A stretch of 64,000 bases of DNA from Mobula hypostoma. Taxonomy: Eukaryota. Made by a program: the position numbers and the translations under genes. Where the stretch lies: positions 48,982,001 to 49,046,000 of the forward strand of contig NC_086108.1 of assembly GCF_963921235.1 (NCBI RefSeq), given 5' to 3'. This document shows positions 1-12,592 of this stretch, one piece after another. The notes beneath the pieces were generated by a model. The model saw nothing but the letters and a program-made list of their open reading frames with translations, was not told where the DNA came from and did not search any database. Every line of letters starts with the position of its first letter. Position 1 is the first letter of the stretch.

Positions 1-289
1 ATCCTTCCATTGTGGTTTGTATTGTGAGATTCTATTCTACTTTGAAATCATCAGGAAATCATTCAGTTGCATTGAAGCAATGGAATCTAAATAGATGTTG
101 AAGTTGGTTTAATCTCAATACTGATTGAGTATTTAATTTGACCAAGCTACAGTGCTATTCAGCCTTTCGCCATAATTCAAATTACTAATTTACTGCAGTT
201 AGAGGGACGAAATGAGAAAGATGGTTAATTGAGAAGGTCAAGAAAAATATTAAATGAAAAATAGTGAATGCTAAGTGATTAAAGCTAGT

Positions 290-1150
290 AATAGACCAGA
301 AAGCAGTGGATCTTTCAGGACCCATCTACAACTGGTGGAGGAAATTGATCTGAAAACTGGCAAGTCATAGCAGCAGGAGCTTCTGTAGACATATTAATAG
401 GAAGAGGGCAGCTTGGGTAAAAAATCATTGGAGGCCAAGATGAAGGAATTAATAATGGGAAACAAGGAAAAGGCAGGGAATCAGAACTTTGCATCGTTCT
501 TTGTGGGGGAGACAGTAGAAATATCCCACAGATATGATAGGTTGGTTTCATTTAGAATAGGAAAATTTGTAATAACTCATATCCCAAAGGCACGGGTTGG
601 TAGATTGGCCACTTAAGATTGCGCATTGTGTGTAGATCTGTGACAGAATCTTTTAGGTAGAATCCAGAGGTTGATGGGAGTAAGGTGGGTAAAGGTTACA
701 TTGATGTAAAAATTGGTGCTCGATGTTTAGTATGGTCTCTAGGCTGAAGGACCTCCTTCCAAGCTATATCTGTGATTTTCTTCCCTATCACAGTGTTTAA
801 GATCTGAAAAAGTAATGGGACTGCAATGTTCCAAGGGTTCTGAAGCATGTGGTGAAAAGATGTGGCTGCAGATTTGTTTGAAGTTTTTCAAAACTCATTG
901 ATTTCTGGGAGTGTATCTGTAGATAACAAAACTATGAATGTGATGACTTTGTTCAAGAAGAAAACAATAGGCCATTTAACACCTGTTGGCAAAATTCTGG
1001 AAGAAACTAGCTGTTTACTTAGAGAAGCTTATTAATCAAGTCAGCATGGATTTTTGAAAAGAAATTTATGTTTGACTAATGTTCTGGAGTCCATTTGTGA
1101 AAACAGAAGGAAACGTGTAGATGTAGTGTTTGTATTTTCAGAAGGCATAT
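290..1150 (+). mobile_element. Highly decayed CR1-type LINE ORF2 fragments
   Basis: Degenerate matches to the window's CR1 copies (e.g. agtcagcatggattt...gaaaagaaatttatgtttgactaat, ttttcagaaggcat). Confidence 0.55.
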
Positions 1151-1152
1151 CA

Positions 1153-1340
1153 TGATGCTGCTTTTTTGCCGGTGGTGGGGTGGGGGGGATTGTTGCTTGC
1201 TGCTGCTTCACGTGGCGGGGGGGGGAGCTGGGAGGACTTTTAGATTCTAGCATTTAACTGTCGTTCATTGTTTGCGAAGAAAAAGCATTTCAGGATGTAT
1301 ATTGTCTGCATTTCTCGGACGTTAAATTGTACCTTTGAAG
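1153..1340 (+). repeat. 3' part of a non-coding retroposon family also present at 42890-43718
   Basis: Shares gggggattgttgcttgctgctgct, catttaactgtc, tttcaggatgt and aaattgtacctttgaa with 43490-43718. Confidence 0.65.
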
Positions 1341-3778
1341 CAGGCTAGTGCACACGATGAGCTCACTGTCTTGGAGGTACATGTCAACATTCACAGAAGA
1401 CTGGCCTTCACTGATAAAACAGAATTGGAATAAATTAATCTTTTTTTCAGGCTGGATAGATGACATTAGTGGATTGCCATGAAGATCAGTTATTCTCAAA
1501 TATTTACCACCTTTTTAAATTCATTCAAATGATGTGGATTGTGTCGGCTGAGTTGCTGTTTACTTGCTCATCCCTCTTTGCCCATGAGAAGGTAGTGGTG
1601 AACTGCTGTAAGCCCTGAGGTTTGTGCGTACCACAATACTGTTCAGGAGAGAGATCCAGAAATAATGAAGTAATGGCAATATATTTCCATGGCAAGGTGG
1701 TGTAATGCTTGGAAAGCAACTTCCATTTGGTGCTCGTCCCATCCTTTTGCTGTTGTCCATCTAGCTGATAGAGGTACTAGGTCTGGAAGGTGCTGTCTAA
1801 GGAATCCTGGAGAGTTGTTGTAGTGCATTCTGTTATTGGTACTAATTGCTGCTACAGTATGTTGGTGATAGTAGAAATGAATGATTGTGGATGGGGTGCC
1901 TATCAAGTAGACTGCTTGTTGTTGGAACTGTACTTATCTAAACAAATAGATGTATTCCATTACACTCCTGACTTGAGCCTTGTAGAGATTGGATAGACTT
2001 TGGAGAGTTGAGTTAATTGCTGCAGAATTTAAATCTCTGGTCTCTTGTGGGCATGTTATGTATGTGGTTACTCTAGATCTGTTTCTGGTCAATGGCAACT
2101 CACAGGAAATTGATAGTGGTGGAGTTAAATGCTAATGGTAGAATTGCATGTCTGGGAGTGATAGATGGCTCTTCTCTTGTTGGATATTGTCATAATCTGA
2201 CACTTGTATGACATGTATGTTATTTTTTATCTATCAGCCCAGACCTGATAACGTCCAGATCTTGCTATATTTACTTGTTGACTGCTTAATTATGTGAAGA
2301 ATTGTGAATGTTGCAGAACATTCTATGCTCATTTCAGTGCTCATTTCTACTTCTGACCTTGTTGCAGCAGTATGGGAATGGCTTGGTCAAGAACTCTTAT
2401 TACCATCTACCATGGTGAGATATGAACCCAGGTTTGCCGATACCCTGGGTATTTAGATTATTCATCAGATCACAAACACAAGAGATCTGCAGATGCTGGA
2501 AATCCAGAGAAACACACAAAAGATGTTGGTGGAACACAGCAGGTCAGCAGGAAATAAATAAGCAGTCAATGCTTTGGGCTGAGACCCTTCATCAGGACTG
2601 GAAAGGAAAGGGGAGAATGTCAGAATAAGAAGGTGGGGGGAGGGGAAGGACGACAAGCTAGAAAGTGATAGGTGCAGTCAGATGTGTGGAAGAGGGGGAT
2701 GAAGTAAGAAGCTGGAAGATGATAGGTGGAACAGGCAAAGAGCTGGAGAAGAAGGAATCTGATAGGAGAGGAGAGAGGACCATGGAAGAAAGGCATTGGG
2801 GAGGTGAGAGGTAGGTGAGGAGAAGAGGCTTGATGGGAAATAGAAGAGGGAAGGGGTAGAGAAAAAAATACTGGGTTGGAGAAAGCGATGTTTATCCCAC
2901 CAAGTTGGAGGCTAACTGGATAGAGTAAGAGGTATTGCTCCTCTAAACTGAGAGTGTTCTCATTGTGGCAGAAGAGGAGGCCATGGACTGACATGTCAGA
3001 ATGGCAATGAGGATAGGAATTAAAATTGTTGGCCACTTGGATTTTAAACTTTTTGCATACAGGGTGGAGGTGCTCAACAAAGTGCTCCCCAATTTACATT
3101 GGATCTCACCAATATAGAGGAGGCTGCCTTGGAAGCACCTGATACAGTTGATGACCCCAAAGCATTCGTAGGTGAAATATTGCATCACCTGGAAAGACTT
3201 TTCAGGGCTCTAAATGGAGACTAGGAAGGTGGCAAATGGTCAGGTGTAGCATTACTGTTGCTTGCAGGGATGTGTGCTAGGAGGGAGATTAGCGCGAAGG
3301 GATGAATGGACAAGGGAATCATGGTGGAATGATCCCTGTGGAGAATTGGGGGGGGGGGGGCGGTGCTAAAGATCTGTTTGGTGGTAGGATCACATTGAAG
3401 ATGGTGGAGGTTGTTGAGAATGATATGTAAGATGTGGATCCTCAGGGGTGGTAGGTGAGGAACTTTCCCTGTTAAAGCGGTGAGAGGATGGGCTCGGATG
3501 TCTGGGAAATTAAAGGAGATGTGAGTGAGGGCAGCAATGGAAGGAGGGACACCCTATTCTTTGAAGAAAGAGTTAATTTCTGTCCTAGAAAGGAAAGCTT
3601 CATCCTGGGAACAAATGTGGCAGAGACAAAGGGAATGACAATTTTACAGGAGAAGGAGTGGAAAGAGCTATCGTCAAGATGGCCATGGGCAATGGTGGGT
3701 TTATATAAGTTATCAGTAGGCTGTTGGTCTCCAGTCATGGAGACTGAGTAATCGAGAAAAGGGAGAGAGGTATCAGAA

Positions 3779-4019
3779 CACAAAATAATCTGCAGATGTT
3801 GGGGTCAAAGCAACACTCACAACACGCTGGAGGAACTCAGCAGGTCGGGCAGCATCCGTGGAAAAGATCGGTCGACGTTTCGGGCCGGAACCCTTTGTTA
3901 GGACAATGAACCCTTCGTCATTGTCCTGACGAAGGGTTCCAGCCCGAAACGTCGACCGATCTTTTCCACGGATGCTGCCCGACCTGCTGAGTTCCTCCAG
4001 CGTGTTGTGAGTGAAAGAC
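3779..4019. mobile_element. Palindromic Penelope-terminus mini-element nested in the Penelope copy
   Basis: About 95-bp near-perfect inverted arms (3815-3909 and 3918-4013), flanked by the direct repeat gtatcagaa (3770-3778 and 4020-4028). Confidence 0.75.
3923..3956 (+). ncRNA. Minimal type-I hammerhead ribozyme motif (Penelope-associated)
   Basis: gtc-CTGACGA-a-gggttccagccc-GAAAC-GTC-gac: conserved core, stem II GGGU/GCCC, loopless stem III, stem I gtc/gac. Confidence 0.6.
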
Positions 4020-5737
4020 GTATCAGAATGGGCCAAGTGAGTTTAAGGGCTGGAAGTTGGAGGCAAAAGTGATGAAATTGACAGGCTCAGTATGGGTGCA
4101 TGAAACAGCACCAGTGCAGTTTGGGGTGAAGCCAGAGCTGGATGCTGCATCTGAAGGCACTTATGATCATTGGAATTGGGCTGTTGATAATGGTATTTGT
4201 GGTCTGGCTGTGTCCAATTGAATTGAGGTCCAAATGGGAGGCAGCAGGAACCACGGTCTGGAGGCATTGGAGACAGCAGGGTGCACTAGGGGTTGAGGAG
4301 AAGTCCAGAGGGAAGTAATCCCTGGAGCTGTGACAGAGACTGAGACAGGGCCCATAGGTATCCGTATAGCAGAGAGGGTGGCGTGTAGACTTCGGAGGGG
4401 GAAAATACGCAAAAAGTGCAATTTCCCGGTGGCCAACCACTTTAGTACCTATCCCCATTCCCATTCCGACATGTCAGTCCATAGCCTCCTCTTCTGCCAA
4501 AATGAGGGCACTCTCAGGTTGTCAGAGCAACACGTTATGTGCCTTCTATGTAGCCTCCAACCTGCTGGCATGAGTATTGATCTCTCCAACTTGTAATTTT
4601 TCCCCCTCCCCCTAGTCCCCTCTTCTCACCTACCCCAGCTGCCCCTCTTCCTCCCCTTTCTCCCATGCTCCACTCTTCTCTCCTTATCAGATTCTCATCT
4701 CCCCTCCCTGACCCCTTGGCTTCACCTATCACCTGCTAGCTTGTTTTCCTTTCCCTCCCCTCCCCCATTTTCCTGGCACCTTTCCCCTTCCTTTCCAGTC
4801 CCGATGAAGGGTCTCAGTCTGAAATGTCAACTGTTTATTCACTTCAATAGATGCTCGCTGACCAGCATTTTGTGTGTGTTATTAATTGGATGTTAATACC
4901 ACTGTACCACCACCACTTCGGTGCTCATAACTTAAAGGAAGGGGTGTTAGTAAAGATGCTGAGTTTGTTGATGAGACAAAAATAGGTAGGAAAGCATGCT
5001 ACAATGAGGATACTTGGATTCTGCAATTGAATATAGGTTAAGTGTGTAGGCGAAAATGTGGTAAATGGAGTTTAGTGTAGACAGTTGTGAGGTTATGCCC
5101 TTAAGTGGGAAATATGGCATGCTATTATTGAGATGGAGAGAAACTACCACAGAGGGATTGAACTGTTGTGCTTGTAGGTGCTGCAAGGAGCTTGAAACAC
5201 AACTGACATAGATGTGACAGGTAAATTGGAGTTTAGAGATACATAATTGGATTTGGTGTTGGGTAGGTCACACCTGGAATACCCATTCAGCCTTTGGTTG
5301 CTCTGGAGTCAGTTCGGAAGATATTCACTACTGTAATTCCTGGGATGAGAGTGTTGTCATACATTCTTTGCAGTTCAGAAGAATGAAGGGAGATCTTTTT
5401 GAAAAAATAACATGATCTTGACGGGGCATGCTTGATGTTGAGAGATTTTTGCTTACAAGTCTGATAATTACCAGATAATGTTTGAGCTTTAAAATTGGAA
5501 GCTGTACGATGATTTTTAAATGGTCATGGAATTGAAGGTAGAAAAGGACTTCTGACCTTGGACAATTCGGCGGTGATGATGGTGAGCACAAGGCTAGTTG
5601 GAAGGACGAGGTGGCTTACCCTACTCATAATTTCTTTTGTGTAATGAATAATGCAGCGACGTACTTAAAAAAGTGGATTGACACTTAGGAAGTATGACTA
5701 ATTCTAATACTGCTGTGCTAATTTTTATGTTCTTGAC

Positions 5738-5962
5738 AGCTGGTAGGTCGAATGGCTTCCATTTTGTCACCCAAAGATATAATTAAAGCAATCACAAAAA
5801 TAAAAATGCATTTTAGCACAAACAAGAGAAAATCTGCAGATGCTGGTTCCAGCCCAACATCTGCATATTTTCTCTTCTTTGTGCTAAAATGCAGTCTTAT
5901 TTTTGTGAATACTTTAATTATATCTTTATGTGACAAAAAGGAAGCCATTCGGCCTACCAGCT
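5738..5962. repeat. Inverted repeat with about 109-bp arms centred on a Penelope terminus
   Basis: Arms 5738-5846 and 5854-5962 are reverse complements with scattered mismatches; 7-nt loop. Confidence 0.85.
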
Positions 5963-7121
5963 TTCAAAGAGCATTTGTATCAGTTCCTTCCATTTGTCAA
6001 GGTGGATTGACCCGATGCAAGAGCGCAAATACCACGAACACAATAACACAAGCAATACTTTATCAAACTTTACTCTTTATTCATAACATGCTATGGGGGA
6101 AGTTACAGACTGATTTCCCAAAGAACCAGTCCAGACACTACCCTCCCCCGAATCACAATTTATAACATTGATCATTATGTACACGGGAAATCTTACAATT
6201 ACGCGAGTTAAGATGGTTTTAGAATAGTTTTGATCACATGTTAATATGCTATTAGATGTAAAATCATCATTGGTTAGTTATAATTATTTTCTGCCAAAGT
6301 TAGCCTGGATACAACATCAGTTCCCTATATTGATACCTTCCCCTTTCTCTTGAATGTTCTGTCCCCTATGCTATTCTTCCCATATTTAGTTATACCTTGA
6401 GATGCTTTGTATTTTCAGAGAACAATGTCTAGTACATCACCTGTTGCTGGGTAGGGTTTCTTTCTGACTTGCCCAGCAACAGTATCATAAGGTACTCATA
6501 AGGTAATTGATCATTAGCTAATCATTGTTCTGAGTCTATACCCATATTTACCTGTCCCTCTACTCTACCACACATACCTGTAGCCTATTCTCTGTTACAT
6601 CTAATCAAGTTCTCTCTAATTTTCCTGCTCTCAGCTACAATTCTGGTGTTTTATAGTGGCCAGTTAACCTGCTTGCAAATATTTAGGATGTAGACGGAAA
6701 TTATAGCACCTGGAAACTTGTGTCTTGGGGAGAATGTGCAAACATTACTCAGACTGTACCTCATGTCCGGATTAAAGCTGGGATGCTGGAATTGTCCGGC
6801 AGGTCTACTTGCTGCGTAATTATGCTCTCTAAATTATTCCAGCATAAGAGGCATCTTGTAAACGTACTGCATCTGGCACAAATTTCAAATATTGCTCTTG
6901 ATATTTCAAAACTCTGAACCTGAAGGGAATAGGGACTACATTCTGTAGAAATGTTAAAATGTGTAAATAAACAAGTATGTTGCTGATTCATTGTCCTAAA
7001 AGTCTCTTTCCAGCACATGAATTGCTTACTTCAGATCATACCTTTGATGCCTACATATCAAATATGGTTTGCTTGCATGTAGTATATATGTGTTTTTAAT
7101 AAAATGTATTCTCTTCATCAG

Positions 7122-7233
7122 AACTTGATGCTTTGGATACCAATGATGAGCTGACTCCATTGGGCCGCATCTTAGCTCGGCTTCCTATTGAACCACGTCT
7201 AGGCAAAATGATGATTATGGGCTGCATTTTCCA
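7122..7233 (+). CDS. DHX9: DHX9 (RNA helicase A) internal exon, HA2 region
   Basis: ttcatcag acceptor and gtaagt donor; translates (E)[36 protein letters not shown](H), recognisable as DHX9; phase joins the next exon. Confidence 0.95.
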
Positions 7234-7329
7234 GTAAGTCAAAGCAGAGATTACTTGAAAAGATTGTATTCAATAAAATGCAACAGTGCTTCTCAGGGTA
7301 TGGAATTCAAAACATTTATTAAATTACTT

Positions 7330-7612
7330 CTTTCAAGATACAATAGGGAATTTGCCCTTCTAGCCTAATGAGTTTCACTGCTCAGCAACCCACCTATTTA
7401 ACCCTAGCCTAATTGTTGTAAATTATAACTTACAATGCTCAGTTAATTTACTAACCGATACGTCTTTGGAATATGGGAGGAAACTGGAGCACCCGAAGGA
7501 AACTCACACATTTCACAGGGACAACATACAAACTCTTTACAGATGGCATCAGAATTAAACGCGGAACTCTGACACCTCGAATTGGAATAGTGTCACTTTA
7601 ACTGCTACACTA
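7330..7612 (-). mobile_element. HE1/V-SINE-like SINE
   Basis: gtctttggaatatgggaggaaactggagcacccgaaggaaactcac central domain; related copies at 18905-19150 and about 6600-6820. Confidence 0.65.
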
Positions 7613-8214
7613 CGTTTAGTGCATATTTCTGTGAAGATTGCCACATCCTGTTTAATGCATTCTTTTTGCCAAATGAGGATCTGTGAAACAAAACTGTGCT
7701 ATGTATTAATACGTGGCTTCTTTGCCTATGGATTACAAATTTAATTTGCTTTCATTGTACTTCACATTAAGGATATTCAAATGGAAGGCTATTTTTGAGA
7801 TGTCTGTAAGAGAAAGGATTTCTGAGTGCCCTACATAATAGTTCCTATTTGAATAATTTCTATAAGTTAAACTTCTGCAACTTGAGATCTTGGGACAGAT
7901 TGAAACTACATAATGACTTTTTAGTCCAGATATACAAATTCTTTGATATATCTTTAACACATAATTATTTTCTATTTACATAGTTCTCGAATTAAATTTG
8001 TTTCTGATATTGTTCCAATATGTTTACATTCCAAGATTCCTTTCATACATGTATGTAAATTCCAGTTAGGCAACAAAATGCTCCAAATGACCACATGTTA
8101 AATGAATGTGCACGGTACTTTGTGATTTAATGCACAGTACAGTAGATAGGAAAATGAATATCAAATGTTCTCCAACTCCAATCATGCCAGAGGAAGTCCA
8201 TCAAGGGCAAAATG

Positions 8215-8662
8215 GACCAGCTTTTTTACATTGTATGTCAATGACATGGGTGCTGGAATTGATGGCCTTGTTGCAAATTTTGTGGACGATACGAAGACAG
8301 GTGGGGGGGGAGGTAGTTTTGAAGGAGTAAAGCTACAGAAGGGCTTGGACAGATTAGGAGAATGGGCAAAGAGTGGCAGATGGAATACAGTGACAGGAAG
8401 TGTATGGTTATGTACTTGGGTTTTTAAATTCTCTCTCCATTTAGAAAATAGTCTACCCTTTTACTTCTTCTACCAGAGGGCACAGAGGGACTTGGGCACC
8501 CTTGTACAGGATTTCCTAAAAGTTAATTTGCAGGTTGAGAGTGTGGTGAGGAAGGCAAATGAAATATTAGCATTCATTTCTAGAGTACTAGAATATAGAG
8601 GCAAGGATATATTGTTGAAAATTTATAAAGCACTGGTGAGGCCTCACTTGGAGTATTGTGAA
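8215..8662 (+). mobile_element. CR1 LINE RT fragment with an internal micro-inversion
   Basis: [25 protein letters not shown]; 8420-8475 is inverted relative to the other copies. Confidence 0.8.
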
Positions 8663-8664
8663 TA

Positions 8665-9457
8665 CAGTCAGCCCTCCTTATCCGCAGGTTCTGCATGCGC
8701 GGATTCAACCAACCGCGTTATAGGGAAAACCCGGAAGTTCACTCTACAGCACTTGTTGTTTGAGCATGTACAGACCTTTTTTTTGTCATTATTCCCTAAA
8801 CAATGCAGTATAGCAACTATTTACATAGCATTTACATTGTATTCGGTATTATAAGTAATCTAGAGATGATTTAAAGTATACGGGAGGATGTGCGTAGGTT
8901 ACCGTGGATCGGGATCGAAAAAAACTGGAAGTCCCCTTACTAAGTAAGTTGGAACAGGTACATCCGGTATTATTTAGCGTCAGTTGGTCAAACGTTTGTC
9001 TTAGTATATAGTATATATTTTACCATTCTATGCATATAAAACACTTAGAAACTTATGTATTACAATAATTAAACCACTGCGTTGTTTAGTAATAATTGTA
9101 GCCTTCATCGGGGCAGGGCCTTTATCCTTTAAAATTGTTCCGATCATTGACCGACTGTAACCTAACGCTTTTCCAATGACCGATGGCATTTCACCTCTTT
9201 CCAATCGCTTTATTATTTCCACTTTATTTTCAATTGTGATCGTGATTATTTTCGTGAACAGAAACACTGCGGATTCAGAGCTCTGCCGGGTCCTAAAGTC
9301 CACTGCACCGAGACAGGTTAAATAAGGGCTGGGGCTCCGCTGGGTCCTAAAGTCCACCGCTGTGAGACAGGTTAAATAAGGGACTTGAGCAGCCGCGTTT
9401 TTTGGTATCCGCGGGGGGTCCCGGAACCAATCACCTGCAGATAAAGAGGGCCGACTA
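8665..9457 (-). mobile_element. Internally deleted Tigger/pogo (TcMar) DNA transposon with MER2-like ends
   Basis: TA|cagtcagccctccttatccgcagg ... cctgcagataaagagggccgacta|TA terminal inverted repeats; minus-strand CENP-B/psq-type HTH remnant ITIENKVEIIKRLERGEMPSVIGKALGYSRSMIGTILKDK. Confidence 0.88.
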
Positions 9458-9459
9458 TA

Positions 9460-11630
9460 ATTTGAGAACGAGAAGCTAAAGTCAGATGTATCAGTATTAT
9501 GGTGGAGTAAAGGGAATTACAGAGGTATGAGAGAGGAGTTGGCCAGAAACACTGGCAGGGATTTGCTGAGCAGCAATGGCTGGAATTTCTGGAAGCAATT
9601 TTGAAGGTAAGGAAATGTATACATCCCAAAGAGAAAGAAGTATTCTTAAGGAAAGATGACACAACCATGCTAACAACAAAAGTCAAAGCCAACATAAAAG
9701 CTAAAGAGAGGGCAGATAATAGGGGAAAACTTAGTGGGAAAGTTAGAGGATCGTGAAGCTTTTAAAAACCAACAGAAAGCAACTAAAAAAAGTCAAAGAG
9801 AAAAAGATGAAATACGAAGGTGAGCTAGCCAATAATATTAAAGAGGATACCAGAAGTTTCTGAAGATATATAAAGTGTAAATAAAGAGGTGACAGTAGAT
9901 ATCGGACCACTGGAAAATGATGCTGGAGAGGTAGCAATCGGGGAACAAGGAAATGCTGGATAAGTATTTTTTTTATCAGTCTTCACTGTGGAAGAGTGCC
10001 AGAAGGTCAAGAGCATTTAGGGGGTAGAAATGAATGAAGTTGCCATTTCTTAGGAGAAGGTGCTTGGGATACTGACAGTTCTGAAGGTAGTTAAGTCACT
10101 TGGAGTAGAAGATCTACTCCCCATGGTTCTGAAAGAGGTGGCTGATTGTGAAGGCATTAATAATGACCTTGCTAGAATCAGTAGATTCTGGCATGGTTCT
10201 GGAGGACTGGAAAATTACAAACGTCTCTCCACTCTTCAAGTAGGGAGAGGGGCAGAAGAAAAGAAACTATGGGCTACTTAGATAGACCTCAGTGTTTGGG
10301 ATGATGTTGGAGTCGCTTATTAAGGACAAGGTCTCAGGGTACTTGGAGAAACATGATAAAATAGGCCATAGTCAGCATGGTTTCCACAAGGGAAAATCTT
10401 GTCTGACAAATCTTCGAAGAAATAACAAGACAAAGAAGAATCAGTTAATGTTGCGTATCTAGATTTTCAGAAGGCACTTGACGAGATGCCACACGAGGCT
10501 GTTTAACAAGCTAGGAGTCCATGGTATTACAGGAAAGATTAGAGGAATGGATAATACTGCTTGGCAAGAGGCAAAGTGTGGGAATAAAGGAAGTCTTTTC
10601 TGGCTGGCTGTCGGTAACTAGTGGTGTTCCATATGAGTGTGTTGGGATCGATTCCTTTTGTATTATATGTCAATGATTTAGATGATGGAATTTGTGACTT
10701 TGTTGAAATGTTTGCAGACGATATGAAGATATGTGGAGGGGCAGGTAGTTTTGAGGAAGTAGAGAGACTAGAGAAGGACTTAAGACAGATTAGGAGAATG
10801 GACAAAGAAATGGCAGATGGAATACAGTATCAGGAAGTGTATAGTCATGCATTTTGATAGAAGAAATGAAAGGGTTGATTGTTTTCTAAATGGAGAAAAA
10901 CTACAAAAAAGTGAAGTGCAAAGGGAGTTGAGAGTCCTTGTGCAGGATTCTCTAAAGGTTAATTTGCAGGGTAAGTCTGTGGTGAGGAAGGCAAATGCAA
11001 TGTTAGCATTCATTTCAAGAGGACTAGAATAGAAAAGCAAAGATGTAATGTTGAGCCTTTATAAAGTACTGGTGAGGCCTCACTTGGAGTATCGTGAACA
11101 ATTTATCTTAGAAAGGATGTGCTGAAATTGGAGAGGATTCCAAGGAAGCTCACAAAAGTGATTCCACAATTGAACGGCTTATCATATGAAGAGCATTTGA
11201 TAGCTCTTGGGGCTGTATTCACTGGAATTCAGAAGAATGAGGGATGACCTAATTGACATCTATTGAATGTTGAAAGCCTTGATAGAGTGGATGTGGAGAG
11301 GATGTTTCATCTGGTGGGAGAGTCTAAGACCAGGGGAACATCCTCAGAATAGGGGGCCATCCTTTTAGAATGGAGTTGAGGAGCAATTTCTTTAGCCAGT
11401 AAGTGGTGAATCTGTGGAATTCTTTGCCATAGGCAGCTGTGGAGACCAAGTCTTTGGGTATATTTAAGGCAGAGGTTTATTGATTGTTGATTGATCAGGC
11501 ATGATGGGATACGGGGAAAAGGCAGGAGAGTGTCTCTGAGATGAAAAATGGATCAGCTGTATAGCAAGGCAGAGCAGACTCGATGAGGCAAATGGCCTAA
11601 TTTGTTCCTATGTCATATGGTATTATGGTC
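9460..11630 (+). mobile_element. Decayed 5'-truncated CR1 LINE
   Basis: RT motifs (YVNDLDDG..FADDMKI), CR1 C-terminus and 3' tail cctatgtcatatggtattatggtc. Confidence 0.85.
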
Positions 11631-12182
11631 ATGCCTATATTAAGTTTTGCACCTGCTATCAGTGAACGGGGAGAACTCGGTGGGGACTGATGGTGCAAGT
11701 GTTATCAAACAAGATTTGATTCAAGTGGGCTTGCATCTGGAGTTCAAAGCTATGAGCCTAAAGCTACAACAGGGGGAGAAACCTTAAATGGTAAAAAAAA
11801 TATATAGAATTATGATAGTACAATAAACTTCTTAGAATTGCTTTGTGCAAGGGGTCTGGAAAATTCAGGGATACACTCAATTCCTCAACTTCTTCAAATG
11901 TGAGATCTAAATTTAGTAAATTTCTGTTTAAGTTATGTTTGGTTGCAGCAAAAATCAAGTTAGATTTGAATTTAGACTATGATGTTTTAACATCGATTTG
12001 TTAAGGGTTTGGCATTAAACCAGTGATACAGCTTGGGAAATCCATTAGTTGAAGCGTTCATTATTTTGTTTGAATGTGTCTAGTATGGCAAATGTTGTTC
12101 AATATTTTGAAATGTCTTTAGTTATGAATGAAGTTGGAAAATTGATGGAAGTCTTAAAGTGGATTGTCTTTATTTGTTGCAG

Positions 12183-12344
12183 TGTTGGTGATGCTGTGTG
12201 CACCATATCTGCCGCTACTTGTTTTCCAGAGCCTTTTATTAATGAAGGCAAACGTCTTGGCTATGTGCACAGGAATTTTGCAGGAACAAGATTTTCAGAT
12301 CATGTGGCTCTACTTTCAGTATTCCAAGCCTGGGATGATGCAAG
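12183..12344 (+). CDS. DHX9: DHX9 internal exon
   Basis: ttgcag acceptor, gtattc donor; VGDAVCTISAATCFPEPFINEGKRLGYVHRNFAGTRFSDHVALLSVFQAWDDA(R). Confidence 0.96.
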
Positions 12345-12464
12345 GTATTCCAGGGAATGGGCAGGGAAATTTATAAATACCAAACTGTATTCCATTTCTG
12401 TTCAGTATTGTTATAGTACTGGCAAGTGAACTACATTTGAGCATTGATACATTTTTATTCCTAG

Positions 12465-12592
12465 AATGGGAGGGGAAGATGCAGAAATCAGATTTTGTGA
12501 GCATAAAAGGTTAAACATGGCAACTTTACGGATGACATGGGAAGCTAAGGTTCAGCTGAAGGACATTCTCATCAACTCCGGCTTTCCTGAAG
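12465..12592 (+). CDS. DHX9: DHX9 internal exon (after a 120-bp intron)
   Basis: ttcctag acceptor, gtacat donor; MGGEDAEIRFCEHKRLNMATLRMTWEAKVQLKDILINSGFPE. Confidence 0.95.

Larger units (their letters stand above)
2471..4880. mobile_element. Penelope-like element (RT thumb and GIY-YIG remnants) with inverted terminal portions
   Basis: Minus-strand remnants GVINCIRC..LLYIGE (GIY-YIG, about 2943-3188) and LPFLD..NLYKPT..HLDDSSFH (RT C-terminus, about 3472-3783); 4420-4880 is an inverted copy of about 2520-3040. Confidence 0.8.

Noticed and set aside
6441..6482. 13-bp stem hairpin ctgttgctgggta...tgcccagcaacag
   Set aside because: Short and isolated within an unclassified repeat-like region; there is no evidence for a miRNA or other function.
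8165..8854. 229-aa ORF
   Set aside because: A chance read-through of a CR1 fragment, an inverted segment and a Tigger end.
12049..12429. 126-aa ORF as a standalone gene
   Set aside because: It is a DHX9 exon with intronic extensions; splice sites define 12183-12344.
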